IMG/VR virus record: IMGVR_UViG_3300011434_000014
Coordinates: 1 to 39,142 of that record
DNA from: a virus
Taxonomy: Duplodnaviria; Caudoviricetes
Length of the DNA: 39,142 nt
Strand: one strand, 5' to 3'
This document shows, piece by piece, positions 16,330 through 24,417 of the stretch (positions are counted from its first letter, which is position 1; every line of letters starts with the position of its first letter). The notes under the pieces were generated by a model that was not told the DNA's origin, did not search any database, and was given only the letters and a program-made list of their open reading frames with translations. The translations under genes and the position numbers were made by a program.

Positions 16330-16790
16330 TATACATCAGTCCCTTTACAAAATGCGATCCATTGAACGATTGATTTCAATTGCCAAGTGCGGTTGTTCAA
16401 TTCCTTGATAATCTTCTCGCAGGCGTCGACGATTTCTTCATGTTCAACTGTTTCAGTAATTGCATAGGTAACTTGATCGTCGGCCTTGACAAAATGTGCT
16501 ACCTTATCTCTGGGCAATTTCTCAGACCATGGCTCCAAATTATACTTAGTAAGGTCTTCAGGAGTGTTCATGTCGCCAGCATAATATTTGGATTTTATGC
16601 TTTTGAATTTATCTAGCGCAATTTCAACTGTCTTCAATTCCTTTCTATGGTGCGCAAGTATGTGCAAGTATTTGGCATGAAGGTTAGGGATGCGACTGAT
16701 TTCTTTGGCTGGCTCGGTCATATCCATGGGCGCATCTTCGAGCCATTCTGCTGTCAATTGCTTAAGGGTTACCGGAGGTTTTAGGTGCAT
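16329..16790 (-). CDS. uvsY: recombination mediator UvsY
   Basis: EWLEDAPMD, IPNLHAKY, KYYAG, IKELNNRTWQLKSIVQW; adjacent to uvsW. Confidence 0.9.
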   Translation of the reverse strand: MHLKPPVTLKQLTAEWLEDAPMDMTEPAKEISRIPNLHAKYLHILAHHRKELKTVEIALDKFKSIKSKYYAGDMNTPEDLTKYNLEPWSEKLPRDKVAHFVKADDQVTYAITETVEHEEIVDACEKIIKELNNRTWQLKSIVQWIAFCKGTDV

Positions 16791-16850
16791 CAAATGAAAC
16801 TCCTCACAAAGATAAATAATAAGTTAGTATACAGTACAATCGGTGTACGG

Positions 16851-17240
16851 TCAAGCTTCCACTACTGAGATTTTCCTGCCCAAACAATAGGGTATGGCAT
16901 CTATATACGTAACCATAGCGCGGTCGACGATTGCTCTGAATTCTTCTAAGGTGAGCCTTACTTCAACACCTTCTGGTACACTTGTAACGAAATGCATGGC
17001 CTTATCGAACACTTCAGTATTGTCAGGCTTAGGTGGCTCTGGTTCTGGCTCTGGTTGTCTCGATTGAGACCCAATAATGCCACCAATAATGCCACCGATA
17101 ACACCACCAACGCCAATACTTCTTGGCCGTCTGTCATGATGACGGTGATAATAATCGTCATCATAAGGATCACGTCTATACCATGGGGGCGGTCTTCCAA
17201 CTCCAATGCGCACACCCCATCGTCTGATGAATCCAAACAT
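16851..17240 (-). CDS. hypothetical protein with glycine zipper and PE linker
   Basis: GVGGVIGGIIGGIIG and PEPEPEPP; AAGGAG SD. Confidence 0.7.
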   Translation of the reverse strand: MFGFIRRWGVRIGVGRPPPWYRRDPYDDDYYHRHHDRRPRSIGVGGVIGGIIGGIIGSQSRQPEPEPEPPKPDNTEVFDKAMHFVTSVPEGVEVRLTLEEFRAIVDRAMVTYIDAIPYCLGRKISVVEA

Positions 17241-17254
17241 ATTAATTTCTCCTT

Positions 17255-17782
17255 TTACAGTCTGGTTATTTCATATCTATCGTATCGGAATACAATGTCG
17301 CATGTCATCGGCGCACTGGCATCAACAGATCGTGTGTCGAACGAAATTCCAGAGATGGATATTGGATGACAATCGAGAAACAGTATACGAATATTTTGGA
17401 TGTTGGCATTGTTGTTGATAGTCAAGGTTCCGTCGTGGTAAGCGCTGGTCTTACGTGCTCTATCATTGTAATAATAATATTGCTTGAAGCTTTCAGGAAA
17501 AGTCAAGGCAACCAGCCAATTGTAGGTTTCCTCCCACACTCTGATGTCTTCATCTATGATTGCCGTGACCCTAAGTGGTTCGTAGACAAGTTTGTCGCCA
17601 TGCCGATGGGTCGCGGAAAACGGCGTTTCAACGGTCACCGACGTTGTTGAAACACTAGGCAGTGCGACCGCCAGACCGAAATAGCGCAAGAATGGCAGGG
17701 TCGGAAAAGTGAACGAAAAGCGCGTACCCTGAAGAAAAGAAGTGTTTTCTGGAATTCGAACTAGCGGCGATGTGTTTACCAT
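17255..17782 (-). CDS. gp3: tail tube terminator/completion protein gp3-like
   Basis: SFLQGTRFSF, LPSVS, GDKLVYEPL, IDED...YNWL, DGTLTI, F.DCHPISISG, FRY. Confidence 0.88.
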   Translation of the reverse strand: MVNTSPLVRIPENTSFLQGTRFSFTFPTLPFLRYFGLAVALPSVSTTSVTVETPFSATHRHGDKLVYEPLRVTAIIDEDIRVWEETYNWLVALTFPESFKQYYYYNDRARKTSAYHDGTLTINNNANIQNIRILFLDCHPISISGISFDTRSVDASAPMTCDIVFRYDRYEITRL

Positions 17783-18318
17783 TGCGGCGTCATTTCAATG
17801 GCTGTTATGTTATTGGCTATGGCTTGAAATTCTGCTGGCATTGGTCCAATCTCCACTGGAATTGGTGGGGGCATTTCTTTTATTGTTTTTCCAATTGCTG
17901 TCAGTACCTCTTGTGGCCATTCGGTCCATTCTTCAGGATGCCCTTCAATTGCTTCGGCAGCTATAGTCTGAAACAGATCACGTTGAAGAGCCGCTGCTTC
18001 TAGCGTAAATGCTGGCGAGGCATCAGCAATCCAGTGCAGCGATTCCAATAGGGTGAATATTTCGGCAATTCTGGTTCTATTCAATTCAATCAGATAATTT
18101 TCATGCTTTTTTCCGCCATTCAGCGCTTCGAGTTGGGCACTTACAATGGCAAGTTCATTTTGTAGCGAATCAATTTGATCATTCTGAATTGCGATTTGTT
18201 CCTCATGGGCAACGGCAAGCAGAAAATCTTGTTTCCAAGATTTGAACATTTCGACGGTTAATTCGTTTGCTTGTCCATCGATAAATGTTTGTATCTGGGT
18301 GATTTGATCTTTGAACAT
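17776..18318 (-). CDS. hypothetical acidic coiled-coil protein
   Basis: 180-aa ORF collinear with its neighbours; no recognisable motif. Confidence 0.65.
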   Translation of the reverse strand: MFKDQITQIQTFIDGQANELTVEMFKSWKQDFLLAVAHEEQIAIQNDQIDSLQNELAIVSAQLEALNGGKKHENYLIELNRTRIAEIFTLLESLHWIADASPAFTLEAAALQRDLFQTIAAEAIEGHPEEWTEWPQEVLTAIGKTIKEMPPPIPVEIGPMPAEFQAIANNITAIEMTPQW

Positions 18319-18340
18319 TAATGCAATACCCTATTGTTGT

Positions 18341-19222
18341 TCATACGTTTTTAACTCCATCGTGTACTAATCTTGCATTCCAATTAACAGCCCAATTTTT
18401 ATGATCTACTGTTGGTGTTTTATCAACATGAATTTTTGCATTTTTATGCAATAAGAATTCTTTTTCATTGTAACGGTCTGAATGATTTGCAATATATGCT
18501 CCATGAGACCCTTTTGGAACATGAATACTTATAGTATGTGCATACTTGCGTATATGCTCCTTCTCATTGCCTGGAACATGAAATGTAGTTGTGTCATGCT
18601 CTTTTTGTTCTGGGGTTAATTTACCATGATGTTTAGGATTAAAGTTAGCAATTCCAATTGTATTATTTGGATGTACATAATTGAAATGTGATTCAGGATC
18701 ATGTCGTGTAAATCGGCGCGCTACGTCTGGACTTAATGATGTTGATGTATATGCAGACATACGCATTTTGATATGGTCAGAATTAGGATCAATATGATGT
18801 TCTGGAGATTTTTTGATTCCAGTGTGTACAGTTAAATCGTGTGGAGTGGTATGTTTGTGTAAAGTTTTGCTGAGACTATGATCAAAATCATGTAATTTAG
18901 ATGATACTTTTGCTAAATCATGACCATGATATAGAGCTTTATTTAAATTGTAATGATTTGGATGGTGCGGTCCATGCTTTTTTAAATAACCTTCTGTATA
19001 TCGTTCAACTGGTATTGAGCTTTCAGTATCAAATTTATAATGTTTTGATAGTTGTTTATGGAGTGCATTCTCTCTATGTCCTGCTTGATATAAATCCTCG
19101 ATTTCTTTGGCTGAATCTTCTTTGACATGAGAAGGTTCTCCCTTAGTAATAAATCCAAGGAACGATTTTACGTATTTTGTTGATTTTTTAGTTTCACTGA
19201 GAAATTGCTTGAATGTCAACAT
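18341..19222 (-). CDS. ADP-ribosyltransferase-fold protein (VIP2/Alt-like), His-rich, probable internal head protein
   Basis: LNKALY, LTVHTG (beta1), YTSTSLS, IHVPKGSHGAYI, EKEFLL (ExE); N-terminus MLTFKQFLSE. Confidence 0.8.
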   Translation of the reverse strand: MLTFKQFLSETKKSTKYVKSFLGFITKGEPSHVKEDSAKEIEDLYQAGHRENALHKQLSKHYKFDTESSIPVERYTEGYLKKHGPHHPNHYNLNKALYHGHDLAKVSSKLHDFDHSLSKTLHKHTTPHDLTVHTGIKKSPEHHIDPNSDHIKMRMSAYTSTSLSPDVARRFTRHDPESHFNYVHPNNTIGIANFNPKHHGKLTPEQKEHDTTTFHVPGNEKEHIRKYAHTISIHVPKGSHGAYIANHSDRYNEKEFLLHKNAKIHVDKTPTVDHKNWAVNWNARLVHDGVKNV

Positions 19223-19458
19223 CAGTGCAATACCTTGTGAAATGATGCGCTACGGTATTCATTGGCTGCTACACTGACAATTACTTCCTTGATGGTAGCC
19301 TCGATGTTGTTTTTCCAGAAAAGCAGGAAGCGATGCACCCTTGGCATATCGGGTACATCATCTTCCATCTGTAAATAGAATTCATTCAGCAGATGGGCAT
19401 AATCAGGGCGATAATAAATAACACCAACCAAAATTAGCTCTTTACGTCTTAGCAACAT
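19222..19458 (-). CDS. Usg-like protein
   Basis: IYYRPDYAHLLNEFYLQMEDDVPDMPRVHRFLLFWKNNIEATIKEV matches the Usg family pattern YxxPD..LL..Q..D..P..P....FL.FW...IE. Confidence 0.8.
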   Translation of the reverse strand: MLLRRKELILVGVIYYRPDYAHLLNEFYLQMEDDVPDMPRVHRFLLFWKNNIEATIKEVIVSVAANEYRSASFHKVLH

Positions 19459-19485
19459 TAGTGTATTCCTTTATTCCCTTGGTAC

Positions 19486-19493
19486 TATTTAGG
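19486..19493 (-). promoter_or_regulatory. putative late promoter variant CCTAAATA
   Basis: 6/8 match to TATAAATA about 28 nt upstream of the Usg-like gene. Confidence 0.5.
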
Positions 19494-19515
19494 CTATTGA
19501 AGGAGTCTAGACGCG

Positions 19516-19704
19516 ATGAAAATTGATAGGTTGTTAACTGTTACCGAGGAAAAACAGGCAATAGAATTTTTCAATACTCATGGTGATTGCTATGGCAATA
19601 TTATCATCAAACTGACAAGAGACAGTGGTATCGGTATTGGAGTCATAATTAAATGCAAGGGGTGCAAGGCTAAGAAAAACATCACCGATTATAGTACATG
19701 GTAA
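19516..19704 (+). CDS. hypothetical small protein with CxxC (only plausible plus-strand gene)
   Basis: AAGGAG SD before the ATG, occupies an intergenic gap, HGDC...CKGC. Confidence 0.65.
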   Translation: MKIDRLLTVTEEKQAIEFFNTHGDCYGNIIIKLTRDSGIGIGVIIKCKGCKAKKNITDYSTW

Positions 19705-19706
19705 AC

Positions 19707-19735
19707 AAAAAAGGCGGGGACCGAAATCCCCGCCT
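19707..19735 (-). terminator. intrinsic terminator after gp23 with a TTCG-containing loop
   Basis: GGCGGGGA-TTTCGG-TCCCCGCC-TTTTTT on the minus strand. Confidence 0.9.
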
Positions 19736-19807
19736 CCATTTTCCGTGTGTGGTAGTTTCTTCTTATTGGTAACGACTTAAAGGAGAAAACATATTGATAA
19801 AAATAAC

Positions 19808-21136
19808 CTACGTGAGATTCCGCACACGGAAGATACGATAATACTTGTTATCATAGGTGCCACCTTCGCCACGGTCACCAATACGACCGGTGCCGTCACT
19901 TGTGGCAAATGGATTTGCTACCATGCCATATCTGGTTTTAAACCCAATTTTTGGCTGGAAACTGTCCTGGCCGATAGCACGCACCATCTGTAGTGGTACA
20001 TAAGGCGCATAAAATAGGCCGCAATCATAGGGGCTGGTGCCCTTATAACCAACAGTGCAAAGTTCATCGCCGTTTGCCGAGCCACCAAAATAGGGGTCGA
20101 TAAAGACTTTGACTCTGCCATGCAATGTACCAGCAAATGTGTTGCCGGTGTCGTCAACCTGCAAGTTAACCTGCAAGGCTGGCGTATAATCGAGAACGCC
20201 CGCCATCGCCAATGCTGACGCAACGTCAGAACTGACAATGATGACGTTACCCTTGCCGCGACGAGTTGCCTTGGCAATGGCATTACATTCACGTTCAATT
20301 TGGAATACCAGACCTTTGAATTTTTCAACTGACCAACGACCGTTGGAATCAGTATCCAAATCAAATGTGCCTGCCGTGGTGACGCCATAGGCGCAACCAA
20401 GGGTAGCTGAGCGATAGATTGTGCGAATGACTTCGCGATTAATCTCAGCCAAAATTTCAGTGGACAGAATATTGGCAAGCTCAGTCTCGGCATCCAGACC
20501 ATGGATAGCCTTCAAGTCTTGCGCGATTTCCATCGTGTATTCAGCTTTCAGTGCGCGTGACCGGGCAGTCACCGTGACTTTGTCAATCGAGAATGCCATT
20601 TCAGCAAACTGATTAGTTGACACATCGCCCAATGCTTCGGCCTGTGCCGTGGTCATGCCGCGACCCATACCGTAAGTGGTATTAGTTGCCAGATCATAGA
20701 CAGGGTTGGTATTGGCAAAGCCAGCCGTTACAGCACCATTAGCGCCAAGCGCATTGGTACCAGAAAATGCCGAATTTGCTTCATTGAACAGAGCTTCGGT
20801 GCCAGTCTGATCCACATAACGTGAACGCATTGCGAAAATCAAACCAGTGGGACCAGTCATTGGCTGGACGCCACAAATGTCGTAGGCAATCAGGTTTGGC
20901 AACGCACGCCGCACCAGTGAGATGAGAATTGGATCATATGAACCAATGTTGCCGCCGCCATAATTATTGGTCGGTGCCGTCTCATTTAGCTGCCGTGATT
21001 CCTCTGCCATCGCTTTTTCTTGATTTTCAAGAATAATGGCAGTAATCGCGCGCCGATAGGGGTCTTTGATTTGGCCTAGACCCTCATAATCGAGAACCGG
21101 TGACCACTTTTTTTCGAGCTCCTCCGTAAGATACAT
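19808..21136 (-). CDS. gp23: major capsid protein gp23
   Basis: KWSPVLD, LENQE, LISLVRRALPNLIAYDICGVQPMTGPTGLIFAMR, SRALKAEYT, YAPYVPL, FQPKIGFKTRYG. Confidence 0.99.
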   Translation of the reverse strand: MYLTEELEKKWSPVLDYEGLGQIKDPYRRAITAIILENQEKAMAEESRQLNETAPTNNYGGGNIGSYDPILISLVRRALPNLIAYDICGVQPMTGPTGLIFAMRSRYVDQTGTEALFNEANSAFSGTNALGANGAVTAGFANTNPVYDLATNTTYGMGRGMTTAQAEALGDVSTNQFAEMAFSIDKVTVTARSRALKAEYTMEIAQDLKAIHGLDAETELANILSTEILAEINREVIRTIYRSATLGCAYGVTTAGTFDLDTDSNGRWSVEKFKGLVFQIERECNAIAKATRRGKGNVIIVSSDVASALAMAGVLDYTPALQVNLQVDDTGNTFAGTLHGRVKVFIDPYFGGSANGDELCTVGYKGTSPYDCGLFYAPYVPLQMVRAIGQDSFQPKIGFKTRYGMVANPFATSDGTGRIGDRGEGGTYDNKYYRIFRVRNLT

Positions 21137-21137
21137 A

Positions 21138-21698
21138 TTAGTTATCCTTTTTTTGTTGTTCAGAATAGAGTTTTACTCTATATCCTTTGTGTTGTTTTCT
21201 ATTTTGAGTACCATAAGCGACAGCGCGCAATGCGTACTCAGATAATTCATTTTCTCTTCCAAACTTTCTAATGTTTTTGACTATTTGTATTTCACCATTT
21301 GGAAAAGTAATTTCGTATTCTTTGGCATTACAGGACAATTTTTGTTGATGTTCTTTTGTCCTTGGTTTTTTAGTTCCCTTATGCTTTAGACTAAGAAGTT
21401 TCTTAGTTTTTTCTGAGTGGTTTGAGCAAAACCCATCACCACCGTCAGTTCTATTCAAAAGAATACCTTCGTTTAAATCCTTTCTACCATACCAACGAAT
21501 GTAAAACCTTTCTAATGCACATGCTCCAATGTTGGTTAAATTAGATTCCATTATGACTCTAAGAGATAGATTTTTAGGAATCGATACTGATGTATGTTTA
21601 GTGTCGATTCTACTTCCCTTTCCTTTACCAATGTAGTAAGGGGTTAAGGAACTTTTTCTTAAATAGGCATATACGTAATAGGATAATTTTTTCTCCAT
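21138..21698 (-). mobile_element. free-standing GIY-YIG (Seg-like) homing endonuclease with NUMOD3-like motif
   Basis: YVYAYLR...PYYIGKG...[27 protein letters not shown]; AT-rich insert between gp22 and gp23. Confidence 0.88.
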
Positions 21699-21702
21699 TA
21701 TG

Positions 21703-23016
21703 TTACTTGGGCATGCTGCGGCCAAGGGTGCGAACATATGCAGCCATTGGGCCTTGTAGATTTTCCGTTAAGACTTTGCTCGGGTCTGCTGATTCAACGC
21801 TGTCGAGCGCATTCGTAGCATTCACGGAAACTTGGAAATAGGATTCCTTCAATGTAGCGAGTTTCTTTTCAAATTCTTCAGCAGATTTGAATTCGACGCT
21901 TTCAGCAAGGGTTTTGAGCTTTTCGGCCTGGGTGTCGGTCAAGCCTACACAGGCATCGACAAACACTTCAAAACGCTTGGATTCATTGACTACCTTGGTT
22001 AACTCGACGTTCTTTTCAATTTCCTCATTGAGTTTGGCTTCGATTTTTTCTTTTTCATTTGCCAATTCCTCAACGACATTCACCCTTTCCTCTGGCATTT
22101 CAATGCTGTGCTCAAGGCAAAGATTGCGGAAACCAGCGATGAAGTCTTCGGTAATCTCGGTGCGCAAGGCACTTTCAATGGCGACTTCATTATCGGAAAT
22201 CCATTGTTCGATAATGTAATTGAGATAATTGTCTACCTGCTCAACCAAAGCACTTGTGACATTTTCAATTTCTTCTTCAAGCGATTTGGTATAGGCTTCC
22301 TCGATAATGGTCAGTTCCTGCTTGACGCGTGCGCCAACGGCCGATTCGAAGATGGTCTGGGCCTTCATTCGGAAATCTTCAGATAGTGTCTCTTCGCCTT
22401 CCAATAGAGCATCAACATGCTCTTTCATGGTAGCTGCGCGATCTTCTTCGACTTGTTGGACTATTGGTTGTTCCTCGACATATTCAAAGTTTTCGTCGAT
22501 GGCCTGGGAAATTTGCTCTTCATTCATACCTTTTTCGATGCATTCGGCAACAAACGCCTCTAACTCTTCCGAGATTTCGACATTCTCATCGCATTTCTTG
22601 TCGTCATCATCTTTATCATCATCTTCATCATCATCATCATCGTCGTCGTCATCATCATCTTCTTTCTTTTTATCTTTCTCTTCCTTAAGTTTCTTAATGG
22701 GCTCGGAACCAACAGGGGACGAAGACGACTTGGATTTGTCTTTACCCATTTTTGCCGCAGCCTTGGCTGATGGTGGCACATCGCCCTGCTTCACCAATGC
22801 TGGACCAAGGTCTTGTACCTCGCTGGTATCTGGAGGGTTAGAGCCTGGATTGGCAAATGGGCCTTCCTTAGCGCCTGCATTGGGGCGCAATGACGATTTA
22901 TTGACGGTCGTGCTCTTGGCGTCGCGATCTGGATCATTGTCTGACGAACTGACCGAAGGCACCACGCCTTCTTTCATCAGGATGCCAGTTGCTAGTTCAG
23001 TTAAAGATTTGCCCAT
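21703..23016 (-). CDS. gp22: prohead core scaffold gp22
   Basis: [57 protein letters not shown]; position between gp21 and gp23; long acidic N-terminal extension with poly-Asp. Confidence 0.93.
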   Translation of the reverse strand: MGKSLTELATGILMKEGVVPSVSSSDNDPDRDAKSTTVNKSSLRPNAGAKEGPFANPGSNPPDTSEVQDLGPALVKQGDVPPSAKAAAKMGKDKSKSSSSPVGSEPIKKLKEEKDKKKEDDDDDDDDDDDEDDDKDDDDKKCDENVEISEELEAFVAECIEKGMNEEQISQAIDENFEYVEEQPIVQQVEEDRAATMKEHVDALLEGEETLSEDFRMKAQTIFESAVGARVKQELTIIEEAYTKSLEEEIENVTSALVEQVDNYLNYIIEQWISDNEVAIESALRTEITEDFIAGFRNLCLEHSIEMPEERVNVVEELANEKEKIEAKLNEEIEKNVELTKVVNESKRFEVFVDACVGLTDTQAEKLKTLAESVEFKSAEEFEKKLATLKESYFQVSVNATNALDSVESADPSKVLTENLQGPMAAYVRTLGRSMPK

Positions 23017-23041
23017 AGTTGATTGCTCCTAATTGATTTTC

Positions 23042-23049
23042 TATTTATA
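23042..23049 (-). promoter_or_regulatory. T4-type late promoter TATAAATA (gp22-gp23)
   Basis: Exact consensus just upstream of gp22. Confidence 0.85.
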
Positions 23050-23052
23050 ATA

Positions 23053-23700
23053 TTACAGTTTTCTGATGTAACTCTCGAATAATGTTAGTGCTTTGGCTTC
23101 TATTTCTCGTCTAGAAAGCGTTTTTAGTTGCTGTCTAGTCTCTTCGAGAAATTGCTTATGCCAATTACCGGCGGTATCCATCCACCAGTCATAGTTTTCC
23201 ATGATGCCGTGAACAAACGCATCAGGTGCACTAGGGTCTGCAACGATGTCAGCCGCTGTGGCCAGTTTGAAATCGTCTTGAACCAATTGATAGCCATTGT
23301 GGGGTTTCAGAGACCCTACGCCTCTAGTCGAAACGCCCAAATTAGCTCCACTATCGAGTAACCCTTTAACTGTATTACCCATTGGAGTATCAACAATTTT
23401 TGCTTTACCGATAAAGTTATTCCCATCTGGATGCAGTTTAGTGATCATATGGGAAACACGGTCGAGATTGATTGACGGGGTGTCAGGATGGCCTAATTCG
23501 CCAAATGCACGATTTTTGGCGACATATTCCCTGTTATACCTTCCGATTTCTTTATTCAGAATGTCATAAGGATAGACCCTGCCATTCTTGTTTTGTTTCT
23601 CGGCTTGACAGAAAATTCCTTCTACGAAATAGTTCTTCTTGCCGTCTTTTTCTTCGATTAGGTATTTGACATCTGTTACTTCTTCTCTTATTAACTTCAC
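23053..23700 (-). CDS. gp21: prohead protease gp21
   Basis: EGIFCQAE.QNKNGRVY, GELGHP, RVSH, GVSTRGVGS, DIVADPSAPDA; GTG start. Confidence 0.97.
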   Translation of the reverse strand: MKLIREEVTDVKYLIEEKDGKKNYFVEGIFCQAEKQNKNGRVYPYDILNKEIGRYNREYVAKNRAFGELGHPDTPSINLDRVSHMITKLHPDGNNFIGKAKIVDTPMGNTVKGLLDSGANLGVSTRGVGSLKPHNGYQLVQDDFKLATAADIVADPSAPDAFVHGIMENYDWWMDTAGNWHKQFLEETRQQLKTLSRREIEAKALTLFESYIRKL

Positions 23701-23906
23701 GACGTATTCCCCCTGTCAAACCTTTTTAGTGTTTTTTGAATGATCGCTTGATCATTATCCAAAAATTCAACACTTTCCTTAGCCATGATCATCTTCTTCT
23801 TCTCACGTATCTTGCATTCGGCAATCATTTCGATACGCTCATTGAATAGACGCTCGGCTTCGGTATAGTTCTTTTCGATAATGTATGTAACTATATTCAA
23901 TGCCAT
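23697..23906 (-). CDS. small prohead core protein (gp67/gp68-like)
   Basis: Helical IIEKNYTEAERLFNERIEMIA...KIREKK; position just upstream of gp21; AGGAG SD. Confidence 0.6.
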   Translation of the reverse strand: MALNIVTYIIEKNYTEAERLFNERIEMIAECKIREKKKMIMAKESVEFLDNDQAIIQKTLKRFDRGNTS

Positions 23907-23915
23907 TATCTCCTG

Positions 23916-24416
23916 TTATCTATTGAAGGCGGTTGGATCGTCGAACTGACCGGCAGCAAAGTCACGATTGTCTTTTCTCAGATCAATGAAAATCGTAGCC
24001 GCCTCATCTGCTGCTAAACCGGCAGTAGTAATAAGTATGTCTCCATTTGAAGTACCTTGTGGATTACCTATTGTTGCACCAGCGCCCATGGCTACAAAAT
24101 TATAGTCGAATATCCCATGTCCCATCGTGACAATGTCTGCATTATTGCTAGGTCCATCCCACAGGAGTTTGACATAACCAGCAGCCGATTGCACTGATCC
24201 AAAAATTCGTTTAATTGTAGTGGAATAGGTTGTTTTGATATGAAGATTTGAGAGAGTATTCATTAGCATATTATTGGCATTCAATGAACCGCGCAGCATG
24301 GAAACATCCACAAGCAGAGTATTGGCTTCCTCACTGCCATCTGAAGTGATCACATATTTGAGCAGCGCTCGATTGTGGCCGTCGACAAGTTTTTGCTCTT
24401 TTATGAGATTTGCCAT
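23916..24416 (-). CDS. putative virion structural protein
   Basis: 166-aa beta-rich ORF in the head operon (YVKLLWDG, NGDILITT). Confidence 0.65.
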   Translation of the reverse strand: MANLIKEQKLVDGHNRALLKYVITSDGSEEANTLLVDVSMLRGSLNANNMLMNTLSNLHIKTTYSTTIKRIFGSVQSAAGYVKLLWDGPSNNADIVTMGHGIFDYNFVAMGAGATIGNPQGTSNGDILITTAGLAADEAATIFIDLRKDNRDFAAGQFDDPTAFNR

Positions 24417-24417
24417 T

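Noticed and set aside
19740-19807. AAGGAG on the plus strand between the terminator and the gp23 stop
   Set aside because: Followed only by TTG and a very short frame running into gp23 antisense; no supportable ORF or RNA structure
22307-23032. 241-aa plus-strand poly-Ser ORF and nearby poly-His/poly-Met ORFs
   Set aside because: Alternative-frame reads of the gp22 poly-Asp (GAT/GAC) tract
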